DNA of 63,128 nucleotides, filler included, from Circinaria calcarea (taxonomy: Eukaryota): the NCBI GenBank assembly GCA_051942165.1. It is 24 parts of 24 records of this genome, joined end to end, with 100 filler letters (N's around TTAATTAATTAA, not from the genome) between each part and the next. Parts side by side here need not be neighbours in the genome. Positions count along the whole stretch, not along the records: positions 50,116 to 52,643 come from JAVECS010003468.1; positions 52,744 to 55,268 come from JAVECS010003469.1; positions 55,369 to 57,889 come from JAVECS010003470.1; positions 57,990 to 60,509 come from JAVECS010003471.1; positions 60,610 to 63,128 come from JAVECS010003472.1; 19 more parts are not named here. One strand, given 5' to 3'. This document shows positions 50,383 through 61,562 of the stretch, piece after piece (the first letter of the stretch is position 1; the number at the start of each line of letters is the position of its first letter). A model generated the notes under the pieces. It was not told the origin of the DNA, ran no database searches, and saw nothing but the letters and a program-made list of their open reading frames with translations. A program made the translations under genes and the position numbers.

Positions 50383-51597
50383 AGACGGAGATACGCGACA
50401 CGTCGTGGTGGAAGGCTTGAAAGTGATGGCGATGTTGTTATAAAAGGTGGAGGTAGTGGCAGTGGTGAAGATGAGGGTGAGGCTGGTGATAACGAAGAGG
50501 AAGAAGAGGGGGAGGCCATAGAGATCGAAGGGGCATGGAAAAAGCCGGCGTGGTGTAAATGTCAAGGTCTACCTGCAGCACTACTAGAGAGGGTGTGCAG
50601 GAAATCCAGCGTGGCAGCAGGCATGAAGAATCATGCTGAATGCCTGAATACGTTACGTACATTCGTCGAGTCTGGAAAGAACTTGGAGCTTGTTTGTCAC
50701 CGACATATGTACCGGGTAGCTGGCCACATCGGGCTACAGGTAAAGGCGCTCACGACCGGTCAATTACGGGAACGCCTTCGACAATGCTGGCTTCATCGAA
50801 GCGACATCCTCGCTTTTAAGGTCAGCCCTGAGTCCTCCATATGGTGGCGCATTAAATCACGCCCGTGGTTAGAGGACGACGACCACGGAGTATACATGAA
50901 GAGGCCAACAAGGACGTCCGTTATTGCTTCTATCCCAGACTCCCGGAGGAGGGCAATCGTGGAAGAGATTGTAGGGCCCGGGGCTTGGACCACGTGGCAC
51001 GAGACAGGTAACCTGATTGTCAGTGGATTTTCGGGTGGCTATGGGAAGAGGTGGACGGGGAGCCTGGTATAGGCGAGTTGATTGAAGAAGAGTTTAGGCT
51101 GTACCTATATCACCAACGCGAAAAGAATGGCGCCCCCAATAAAGGGTGGCTGAGAACTATGTTTTACTCCTTGACACAACAGGTCATCCGGCAAGACCTC
51201 CAGTACTGGGCCCTCTATGCTTGCCTCCGCCCTGACAAGAATATCCGTTTGGTGTCTTACCCGTACTACACAAAATTTGCCCAGCCGGGGGATTCTACCT
51301 TTTTCAGACATATAGACATGAATATACCAGCATACCTTGAGGGCGGGCACGGCGCAAATATCATCCAGGGAAGCGTCTCCCTTGACAACGAGAGTGACGA
51401 CGGCTGCACAGAACTGGTCCTCGGTTTCCATAACCATATCAGGGCGTGGTGGGCGAAAGTAGAGAGCCGTGGCACTGCTACAGACGGTTTTGTTCATGGG
51501 ATGGACAAATTGTGGGCAGCAGAGGATACAGAAGCATATGGAGACTTCGTGCCGGTCCCCTGTCAGCGGGGAGACGCGCGCATAACCATGCCAGCAT
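50383..51597 (+). pseudogene. Cys/His-cluster plus PhyH-like 2OG-Fe(II) dioxygenase-like protein, frameshifted and truncated
   Basis: ORFs 50341-51072 and 51051-51725 join if one T is added at 51028-51031. Motifs RHIDMN, IQGSVSLD, GCT..V.GFH, VPCQRGDARIT. Protein-like character ends before the expected distal His. Confidence 0.6.
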
Positions 51598-53938
51598 ACA
51601 TAATAAATAAAAGCTTCAATAAAACGCGCGGGAACGTTCCGCATGGAACGCGCTCTCTCTCTCAGAGCTTCTGCACTTTTCCAGTGGCTTACCCATATTC
51701 CAACACCCCCTTCCCACCCCTCTAAGGTCCAAACGACAAAACCCTCGAAAACCGAATCACTTTCCCCTCTGTCTCCATTTCTACTGTTTGGAGAGTTGCG
51801 GGATTGGAACTTGAGATGGTTGGGGCATTAGGGGAGTAGACGAAGAAATGGGGGATGAGGAGGGACGGGAGGGGTTTTGTAAGATCGTGCCTGGTTGTTT
51901 TGTCCTGTTGAGTTTAGAATTTCCCCCCTTTTTTCTAATGGTACGCTCTGTTACTAGTTTCCGAAGTTGGGGGGGGAGTTTATGGGGATAGTGCGGAATC
52001 GGCACGCGCAAATTGCTCTCCTTTCCTTGTGCACGTTGAAATTGCCATTCCATCTCCCTTTCTTTTCCCGGTGGGGGGGGGGATGTTTTAAATCGCTCGT
52101 GTTAGTTCCCCCCGCTTCCGTGTTTACGGGTCCCCTCTCAGAAATCCCTTCGAAGTGATATTGTTCACAAGAAAATAGATCTAGACTGGAGATGAAGGGG
52201 AAAAAAAAGAATGGGGAAGCTTTGATCTTCAGCCGCTCCACGAGAGTGCCGGAATGAAACCACTCGGTTCTTTTTCGGGGGGAGGGGAAAGTTTTGAAAA
52301 AAAACCCCCCGATCAGCGATAATATCCCAGCTTTTTGATATATCCTTACATGGTGGTTTTTTCTTTTTCACCTTTCAATCTTCCCCCCTCCCCACTCTGG
52401 GCGCTTATGAGCTTATCAAAAAAAGAAACTCCCCCCAAAGGGTTTTTCTTTCCTTTTCCCCTTCCCTGATTTTTGGTTTCATTTAGAATTAGATTATTAA
52501 TACAAAATCGCCGTATCGGCATCTTTTCCCCCTTTCCTTTTTCCCCTTTCCTTTTCCCCGATTTTCCACGCCTCTGTCCTGACCAGGAAGGGCCTCTTTT
52601 GGGATTTTGGAAGGGGGGAAAAAAAGGAGGAGCGAGAAAGGGGNNNNNNNNNNNNNNNNNNNNNNNNNNNNNNNNNNNNNNNNNNNNTTAATTAATTAAN
52701 NNNNNNNNNNNNNNNNNNNNNNNNNNNNNNNNNNNNNNNNNNNCCACCCACCCACCCATCCGCAAAGCCCCAACTAAACCTGCAAAGCAATGCAATTGCA
52801 AAAATATCTGCATACAAGCCCCGAGCCCCTGACGTTTCACCTGCAAAACCGCACACCGCACACCGTGCACTGCAGACTACAGACTGCAGGACCGCAGGAC
52901 CGCAAAAAAGACGTCAAAGGCGCATATTGCATTGCATATTTTGCACGTTTTACACAGAGAGAGAAACCTGACCACGAGCACGAAGCACGAAGCACGAAGC
53001 ACGAGCACGAAGCATACATCAAACCATCGGGCATAGGCATAGGCATAGGCATGGGCATGGGCATGAATAGTTTCCGCACCCGGAACAAGTTTATCCGGCA
53101 GAAGAGCGGTGGGGATGGGGGATGGGATGTGGGAGTAGGGAGTCTGTAAGTCTAGGGGTTTGCAGGAAGTGCGAAGGCGTAAGGCGAAGCAAAGGACGTA
53201 CAGTAGGGGCCCAAGGAAGTGACGGAGATTATCTAGGGGTCATCTTTTTAAAAAAAAAAAAAAGCGCGAGGCCATTTTGAAGAATTTTCTCTAGAATTCT
53301 AGATGGGAAAAACAGGGGATCTTCGTTTCAGGTACTACATTTTTCTTTGGATTTTGAAGAAGGGGGGGGGGGAGGTCAGGGGGATCTCGATTTCAAAACT
53401 CTAGGGATATGGACAATTTCCAAGGAGCGAAAGTTTTTTTTTTCACACGTATGCGGAGAGATTTCCGCCGTGCTTAGATATAAAGCTAGCCAAGTTGCAC
53501 GCTGAAAAGTAGCGAGCGGTCCGGTAACTGGCCTGGAAAACCTTTACTCTAAATCTTTCAAGAATAAATGTGTTCATCCCATGCCGCCGTCTTTAGGTCT
53601 AAACCGAAATTCGAAAGCACACCTCCCGCCATGAGAAACTTGATGAGGCACTGAAACTCGTGAGATTGGCCGTTATGATGTCGTCAAAACAGATGGAAAA
53701 TTCATGCTAGGTGGTTCTGTGATGGAGAGAATAGCGGGAATGATGCAGAGCCGACATTGGCGGAAGAAAATGCAGATGGTTGGAATATGATAACTTGTAC
53801 TGATGCTGAAAGAACGGACGAAAAAGTCAAGTATTAGAGAGCGGATGCAGGAGCTACTCATTGGGTATGGTTCCCTTTCAGATCCGGAAGACGTAGATTT
53901 TTCCGTATGAGACTCGAGTGGTAGGGTCTCGACAAGAT

Positions 53939-54937
53939 TTACCTTCCACACAACATAATCTTGCGAAGAGCGGTCGATGCATTTGAGAGACTCCTCCCGA
54001 GGCGAGTCCTGCCATTGGCACTATTCGTCCGCTGCAGCGAGTTGGACCGAATAGCAGACTTGTGCAAAGGTGCACTTGGTTCATCATCATTATCGCTGAA
54101 GTCGAAAAAGGACTTGGCAGTGTGTGTGGGAGCCGCTACCGGTAACGGAGACTCGCTAAAGGTAGGCCAAGTTGACTCTGTCGGGTAGTGTCGACGGAGT
54201 TTAAGATCGCTCATCACGGAGCTGGAAGGTCGCCGATCTTGAAGCGAAGAAAGGCGAACAGGACCCGATTTCAACTCCGCAGATGGGACCGGTTTCCTGA
54301 GAATACCATGGTCTCGACTTATGCGGGAATACTTTCGATCGTTTAGCATCTTTTGTTGACATAAGTTAGAGGAGACAGTTTGCGAACGGTGAAAACCGTG
54401 CAAAGGTTCGTATTCTTGGCAAAGATCATCGTAGTAGATGGTATCGGTAATTGTGTCCGTGTTACTGTACATGGAGTTGCCAGGGCTACTAGGATCGACT
54501 TGCGTTGATGAGTCGTCATTTTCGGCACAGTTCCTGAACTGAAGTGGAGATCTGAATTCCCCACGGTCAGGACCGCTAGGAGGCGATGGGAAAGTCGGTA
54601 ACAGGGAGAAACAATCCGAAGGTCGACTACGCCTTTTGAGCGTGAGAGACGAGGATGAAGGATCTTGCTCTGCTTCAACTATAAAGGGTTCGAAAGAAAG
54701 GGGAGCGTCCCAAGGTTCTGTAGCCTCGAGCTGTAAAGGACTGGCACGTGATGAGGGAGGTGGCGGTGGAGGAGGTGGAGTGCTATCTTCCAAGGGAACG
54801 CGTACAATGCTGAAACAGCTGTCGTGAATCCGGTTCAAATCCGAGGGCCCATGGCGACGCCAAGAATAATTAAAGGATGTAGAAGGTGGACATGGATCGA
54901 TTGCCGGCTGAGGAGAATTGGGAAACTCGTTAGACAT
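53939..54937 (-). CDS. Hypothetical Ser/Pro-rich protein, single exon, ~332 aa
   Basis: Long uninterrupted ORF, probable start MSNEFPNS at 54937, ending LRKIMLCGR. No recognised domain. Confidence 0.6.
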   Translation of the reverse strand: MSNEFPNSPQPAIDPCPPSTSFNYSWRRHGPSDLNRIHDSCFSIVRVPLEDSTPPPPPPPPSSRASPLQLEATEPWDAPLSFEPFIVEAEQDPSSSSLTLKRRSRPSDCFSLLPTFPSPPSGPDRGEFRSPLQFRNCAENDDSSTQVDPSSPGNSMYSNTDTITDTIYYDDLCQEYEPLHGFHRSQTVSSNLCQQKMLNDRKYSRISRDHGILRKPVPSAELKSGPVRLSSLQDRRPSSSVMSDLKLRRHYPTESTWPTFSESPLPVAAPTHTAKSFFDFSDNDDEPSAPLHKSAIRSNSLQRTNSANGRTRLGRSLSNASTALRKIMLCGR

Positions 54938-55368
54938 GATCAATTTTAGGGATGGTGTCTTAGTATTAGTCTGAAGAGGCCGTTTCGGTTTAGCTGTCTT
55001 GAATTTTATCGTAGTCGACGACGTAGAGAACATACCACAGTGGAAGAGGGCAACTGGGTTGTTTATATCGTGGCCGTGCACCCGGCCCAAGTTTTAGGGT
55101 CACCTGTAGCCGGGCTCCCAGCCTGTCGCCGGTATGTTAGCCCTTCTTCCCCAGAAAGACGTACATATTTAACGATGCACCCCACAAACATGCCATTAAC
55201 CAATAGGATCTGTGTCCCACTTCCGAGACAAGGCGGCTGTGAATCGATGCAAGGGCCAAGAACGAAGANNNNNNNNNNNNNNNNNNNNNNNNNNNNNNNN
55301 NNNNNNNNNNNNTTAATTAATTAANNNNNNNNNNNNNNNNNNNNNNNNNNNNNNNNNNNNNNNNNNNN

Positions 55369-56438
55369 CTTCCGATGTCGCTAAAGGCTGGACAGTGAGG
55401 GTAGTTGTGGTCTGGTCCGTAGTCATCGACACCTTTCGGTAGCTCGGGAACGGCCCGATAGCCAGTATCTCCTCCAAACCAAACTTTCTTGCCTCCACTT
55501 TCAACGCTCCAGCTGGCCCACAAAGTCTGCCCTTTGTCGAATGGTGTACGTGCACTAGTGTGTTGGCACGGGAGACACCCGAATCTAGCTGTAAAAGCTG
55601 CTTCAGCTGGTGGGCCTCCCTGAGATCCCTTGCCGCCAACCATTTTTGATTTTTCATGGGCGGGTTGCAGTCTCATGTCTCGCTCCTCCCACCAGTCAAG
55701 CTCTGTACATGCCTCAACCCCAGACGCAGTAAACCATTGCTTGTTGCCCAAAGGAACGAAGAAGTGGACATTGGGATGCTTGGCTTTGATCTTCATAATT
55801 GTGGGATGGTCCATATGGTCGTAATGGTTGTGGGATATGACCACGGCATCTATAGTAGGAATATCCTCGATTTGACATGGTACCTCTGTATATCGCTTCG
55901 GCCCCAGCCAGCTAAAAGGGCTGCACCTCTCTGAAAAGACTGGATCGAACAAAACCCGGAAACCACCAGGGAATTCGACAAAGTAACAGGCGTGCCCTAG
56001 CCATGTTGCACGTAGAACTTCAGTGTCCCGTGTAGGAAGAAAGGTCGGTTTCCGAACAGGGACGGTTGGCGGGGTGGTATCAGGTTTATTTGCTGAGCCT
56101 GTCAGACGCCGCCTGCAAGACCAATTAGTGAGGTTCTCGTATTCTGAAGGAAAGGAGCCTGACCCAATCATGGCTTTCATAATACCAGGACCCGTAAAAT
56201 CTCTCCAACTATCCCACGGATTGGTAAAACCTTTCCCATCTTTCAAATGATGCCGGTGCTCCCTCGTTTCTTCGGGAACGGCCCCGGCAACTGGCGACAT
56301 GGATATTGTCGCAGCATACAAAGCCGCTGCCGTTGCTGAGCTGGCCATTCTGGTGGAACTGGAGGTAGAAGCTTGTCTAGGCCTGGATCTCTTCTCGCGC
56401 GACGAGGGATGGAAAAGCCGCCGCAAGAATGAGCGCAT
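55369..56438 (-). CDS. NAPE-hydrolysing phospholipase D (FMP30-like metallo-beta-lactamase fold), 3' truncated
   Basis: GFTNPW, ATWLGHA, LFDPVFSERCSP, ISHNHYDHMD (HxHxDH), ELDWW, LPCQH.SAR, LWASW, FGGDTGY. Probable 51-nt intron at 56113-56163. Confidence 0.92.
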
Positions 56439-56904
56439 TGGAATTGCTAAGTTGAGAAAGAAAATGCACAATTATACTATCAATCGCAAACGCGTCAGAA
56501 AGTCAAAGGAGATCACTGCCTAACGGCTTAATTCCGTTTAAAGCCGACAAGAAGGAAAGCGGGTCATGATCTACCCGAGCAGGAATGCCGCTCAGTCTCT
56601 TTGCTTCCGGATTCTGCTCGGGATATTCACGTCTTCCGTATGTACTACAATGCTCAGAAAAGGCTTCCTGGACGCTGTATGTAAGCTAGGTGATATATAT
56701 TGGAAGACAGGGCTTGGGTTGTCGCTACACTATTGACATGATGATGGAGCGGCAGTAATGCAGTGATATCGTCTAGGCCCTTGTTAGTTAGTGCCCTACT
56801 ATACCTCGTAGTAGATAGGGCTGCAAGATCTGCTGAGGCAGGTGAGTTAAGCTCGATTTTGCTGTAATAGGTCTACTTTCCTGGAATGAAAAGCTGTGAC
56901 TGGC

Positions 56905-57889
56905 ATGGACAACAGTCGGCTTCAAACTCCACCATCCCAATTCGAAGGTCGCAATCTCAGGTCTATAGAGGCACCGATCATCAATCCGCCAGTAACGCAG
57001 GGTACACATGAAGGCTCTGGCTTCATTGCACAGCTGTCAGGAAATCCCTTTTTCACCGCCGTAATCTTGCAAATACCCTAATTGTACACAACAGAGCCTA
57101 ATCATTCTCATAGGGCTTCGGCTTAGCTGGCCTTGGAGCAGCTCTTGCTTTTGCACAAAAGGGACTCCGGCATGGCGCAAGTCTCCTCAAACGACGCTTA
57201 CTTGTCGACGTGGAGATTAATGTCAAGGACGAGTCCTACCCATGGTTTCTCTATTGGATGACGATGCATCAGCGTGCCCAACTCACCAATCGTTCCTCTC
57301 ACTTGACGAAGCGCAATCATGACTTGTCCACAAGTCCTTCCCAACACGGTATCGTGGAATCCCTGATACGGCGATTCACACCTGGGATGCATCACCTGTC
57401 CATCGAGACTGAAAAGATTGAGCTTCCAAACGGTTCTGTCCACACACACTTTTCTCTAATTCCTGGACCCGGAAAGCATATTGTGCGGTATAAAAATGCG
57501 TTCCTCATGGTTAATCGAGTACGGGAGACAAAGTCAATGGATTTACAGAAGGGCAGGCCTTGGGAAACCGTTACACTTACGACACTGTATTCTCAACGCC
57601 ACATTTTTGAAGAGCTTTTTACAGAGGCACATAAGCTGGCACAGCAATCTACGGAAGGGAAGACCATAGTTTACACTTCGAGGATGACATCGTGGGAGAA
57701 GTTTGGAGAGCCACGTCGGAAGAGACCCCTTGAGTCCGTCATCCTAGACAAAGGCGTCAAAGAGAGGGTCGTTGCAGATGTTAAAGATTTCCTGGGCAGC
57801 GGGAAATGGTACTATGACCGTGGGATACCGTATCGCAGAGGATATCTCCTCCATGGACCGCCAGGTAGTGGTAAAAGCTCTTTCATCCA
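56905..57889 (+). CDS. BCS1: Mitochondrial AAA chaperone BCS1 (3' truncated), divergent from NAPE-PLD
   Basis: Exon 56905-57060, intron 57061-57113. LSGNPFFTAGFGLAGLG, LIPGPGKH, PWETVTLTTL, RKRPLESVILD, WYYDRGIPYRRGYLLHGPPGSGKSS. Confidence 0.95.
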
Positions 57890-58486
57890 NNNNNNNNNNN
57901 NNNNNNNNNNNNNNNNNNNNNNNNNNNNNNNNNTTAATTAATTAANNNNNNNNNNNNNNNNNNNNNNNNNNNNNNNNNNNNNNNNNNNNGACCCGACAGT
58001 AACTGAGGATTGAACCTCGCCGTCTGTGGTGGCATTTCGGGCGTGCGAATGGGTTATCAGGTTCGAAGGGGCAGGTCTATCGAGTGACTTGAGGGTGTTG
58101 TATTCATCTGGGTTACTGGTTGGAAGGAAGCAAGCAGTTGAGGCTGTCTAGTAAGCTAATGTAATGACAATAATAAACTTGACCCTCTTCTTTCCAATCA
58201 AGATGCCAATCCGACGAGTCTGGTACACTACAGCTGTGGGTGAGTACCGAGTAAGGAGTAAGTGTAAGGCGGACCATATGCGGGAGATAGTGAATATCAA
58301 TCGCGGGCGCCACACGCCGGTCTAGCGCCGTTAATCACCGTCCAGGGCTGAGGCTCGAGTGTTGCGCCTCAGCGTCCAGAAGTGGTTTATCACCAAACTG
58401 TTGAACATCCATACTCCATTGGCAGGGTTTGTACCATTTCCCTCCTGTTTCGAAGTAATGATCCATTGACATGGCCACAGTTAATA

Positions 58487-58838
58487 ATGTCTCCGCTTCG
58501 AGCTCCGCTTCGAGGAAATGCCACCGGATTCGACGTCAATAAACTCGTAGCTTCAGCGGCTACTCCGGCGAAAGACCCTTGGGCAAGAGCGTAAGCTGAC
58601 CCTTCAAATGCTATTGCTCTATACTACACCGAGAACTCCGGGCTGAGACATGGTGTTGGGATTGCATAGAGAGCAATGGCGGTACACAGGTCCATTCACT
58701 CGTTGGAACCGGTTCAAGGGAAGCTTTCCGGGTCTCGGAATCGCCACAGTGGCCTTCACAGTTTACTGTGCTTACGAGTATATGTTCCTCAGCAAAAGTC
58801 ACCATGAATCCGGGAACCACGGAGAGGGACATCATTGA
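58487..58838 (+). CDS. NDUFB3: NADH:ubiquinone oxidoreductase B12 subunit (NDUFB3)
   Basis: Exons 58487-58590 and 58670-58838. KDPWARAEQWRYTGPFTRWNRFKGSFPGLGIATVAFTVYCAYEY plus a His-rich tail. Confidence 0.92.
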
Positions 58839-60091
58839 GGGGATGGCACATGGGAATACGAAGCCGTACATAAAGGAAGAGAAGGCTCTACAAAAGCAAT
58901 GGCTCGACTGTCTGAACAGTCTGGGGCACTATTCATTTCTGTTCCTGTTTGCTGGAGTGTATGGCACTCGCAGTCTGCAACTGCTATTGCTGATAGTCAG
59001 TGGTAATGAGGCCCAATTGGGACGGAGATACCTCGAACTTTAAAGGAGGACAGCGGCTCATTCATGTATTATTCGTGGGAAGAGAGCAGAGTCTGTTACA
59101 CAGCATGTAATAAAGAACCTCGAGCCAATTTTTTGGGGAACAATCAACAGAGTCACTTCCCAATCACTCGAGGAGCTTGCACCGAGTCCCAGTTCACTCT
59201 CTAGACATCGCCTTCATTTCCGAATCTCAACAGGCACCTCAAGATATAACCCTCTCGCCAAAATCTTTGCTTGGCATTTGCTTTCCACCGTTTCAGTCTC
59301 AGCAAGACCTCTCCATTTGTTTGGCCTTCTGTTCTTCTCCGCCATCTTTGCCCCCTAGCCCTCGCGGGATTCATTCGTAGCTTCGGACATTAGCATCTGC
59401 CAAAATTCCCCCGTGACCACTCCATCCAATATGTCTTGTCCGATGGGCATGCCTGGGAGAAATGCTTAGTTATTTATATTTATGGTGAAGCCGATCTTCT
59501 ACTTCCCCCACCCAAATCGAAATCGAACTCGAAATCGGAATTCGAACACAAAAAGACCCAGTTCACCAGCGTTTCATTTGCCCAAAAGATGTTTTGTAGG
59601 GAGTTATATGGTATGGCAATATAGTTTCTAGGAAATGACAACGATGGGACAAATATGACAAGTCCACGAGACTAGGCGAGACTAGGGGGGGGGGGAATCA
59701 TGACCGTCAGCCATCATGGGTAAGGGAAGGTAAAATACCAATCATTGAAATCAATGCTGGGCTAGATAATGCTACCGAAGGATAACTTCCAGTCTCCTTG
59801 AGGAGTACTGATGACGGTTCTTATCATGCTATACGATACGTCGCGCTAGGAAGAATCAAGTGGCCGGAATCGATTCGACCATTGTATTTGAACTTCTTTG
59901 ACGATTACCATGCGTGCATTACCTACAGTATTGAGCTTTTTCAGGTATAAAAGGAGCAAAAATCCGCCACCAAGCCCAAAAACAAAACGGCTCATCGCAT
60001 TCCAGTCCAGTAGGCCCAAAACTCCAAGCCTCCCTGCAAAGCCCGGGGCGCCAAACCTAAAAAAGAAAATGAACCATATCCCTCGATCCTC

Positions 60092-60466
60092 TCAAATAAT
60101 GCCCTGCCGATTTTCTGGACTACCTGGAAATACTAACCTCCCACCATAACCATCGCCCCCTCTTCCTAATCTCGCATCATCCCTCCAAGAATTACCCAGT
60201 CGCTGCCCATTCGCACCCAGCGGCAGAGGCGTATTGGGCGGTAAGGGGGTATGAAACGCCGAGTGATGGCCTCCGACGTGCATACTCGCAGGTCCCGGCA
60301 GGGGTCCACGCATCTCGGGGCGGTTGTCGTACGCAGCGTAACTTGCATTACTCGCGTTACTCCCATTCCGGGGATCTTCGGTGAAGGGGTTGCCGATGTG
60401 GAAAAGGTTGAGCTGTTGGGGCCTAGGGGCTGTATTGTGAGTATGGGTATAAGCTAAGCCGACTGC
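60092..60466 (-). CDS. Hypothetical protein, last exon
   Basis: CACAG acceptor followed by a frame open from 60466 to TGA at 60092. No recognised domain. Confidence 0.4.
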   Translation of the reverse strand, partial: AVGLAYTHTHNTAPRPQQLNLFHIGNPFTEDPRNGSNASNASYAAYDNRPEMRGPLPGPASMHVGGHHSAFHTPLPPNTPLPLGANGQRLGNSWRDDARLGRGGDGYGGRLVFPGSPENRQGII

Positions 60467-60667
60467 CTGTGGACTATAACTACTGTCCTGACGTGTAAGA
60501 CTAGCGTTGNNNNNNNNNNNNNNNNNNNNNNNNNNNNNNNNNNNNNNNNNNNNTTAATTAATTAANNNNNNNNNNNNNNNNNNNNNNNNNNNNNNNNNNN
60601 NNNNNNNNNGTGGGAGAGGGAGGAGGAGGGAATACCTTGGACCCGTACACGCCGTACACGACGCTAT

Positions 60668-60753
60668 GAAATCGAAATCAAAGTCGAAACCGAAATCAAA
60701 GTCGAAACCGAAATCAAAGTCGAAACCGAAATCAAAGTCGAAGTCGAAACCGA
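60668..60753 (+). repeat. 18-bp tandem repeat CGAAATCAAAGTCGAAAC, ~4 copies
   Basis: Exact units at 60673, 60691 and 60709 and a variant at 60727, built from three hexamer variants. Confidence 0.9.
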
Positions 60754-61562
60754 TCAGAGACAGTTCTAGCGATAGGGGAATAGGGAAGGGAATTCCCAAG
60801 TGTAGCCCAGCGCTGCTATATCCACCTTATACCCTCTCCAACAACACCCCCCTTCCTTCCCCTTCCCTCCCACCAACACCTCCACACCGGCACCCACACC
60901 CATACCCGTTCTCATACCCGTTCTCACACCTTGATACCCATTATCCATGGGAAATTCCGATCTTCAGTTGTCGTGGTCGTCGAGGTTTTTTTTTTCATTG
61001 GGTATAGAGGAGAGGAGATAGCAGAGGGGAGAGGAGAGGAAGAAAAGAGAGAGAGGAGAGAGGAGAAGGGCAGAAAGACGGAGAAACACGGAAGAGAAGA
61101 TCGAGTCATATGAAGCAAACACTGTGCGACGCGACACGATACGATGCGATACGATACTCATGCTTATGCTACGCTTCTGCCCCCCAAACAAAAAATCTCA
61201 TTGCTATCCTAGCTATCTTAGCTATGCTATGCGACGCCACGCTATGCTATGCCATGCCACGCCACGCCACGCTCCAGCAGAGATCTCGTATCGAGAGGGA
61301 GACGTTCAGATGGAATGGAGGGGGAGCCAAGATCGCAGCAGATGGGAGTTCGGAGGCTTCAGATCTCTTTTCAAAGCTTAGATGTCTCAAGTCCATTCAT
61401 TTCTCAACTGCTAAATCCGCCGAGCTAGTCACGCTTGCCATTGCCCGATTGAAAAAATTTGCAATAATGAGCTCGCTATGCTCGTCAATGCTTGTTGAAA
61501 TCCACTATGCTCGCCACGCTCGCCACGCTCAACTTGATTCACTGGACTCGCTGACGCTCGCC

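Noticed and set aside
51008..51023. GTAACC...CAG as an intron that might repair the dioxygenase frameshift
   Set aside because: Only 16 nt long, and removing it does not give the required frame.
52970..53065. GCACGAA and GGCATA/GGCATG short tandem runs
   Set aside because: Ordinary simple sequence repeats without spacers or associated genes.
58347..58373. GCTGAGGC inverted pair in the NDUFB3 promoter, also at 56832 near BCS1
   Set aside because: The 8-mer also occurs at 22343 in unrelated DNA; four hits in ~60 kb is not clearly above chance.
2551..60609. Regularly spaced TTAATTAATTAA units resembling a repeat array or CRISPR, and ORFs ending in X...LIN
   Set aside because: Artificial concatenation spacers between length-sorted contigs.
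60666..61007. ORF with KSKSKPKSKSKP repeats (and antisense FDFDFG)
   Set aside because: Translation of an 18-bp minisatellite in simple-repeat-rich intergenic DNA.
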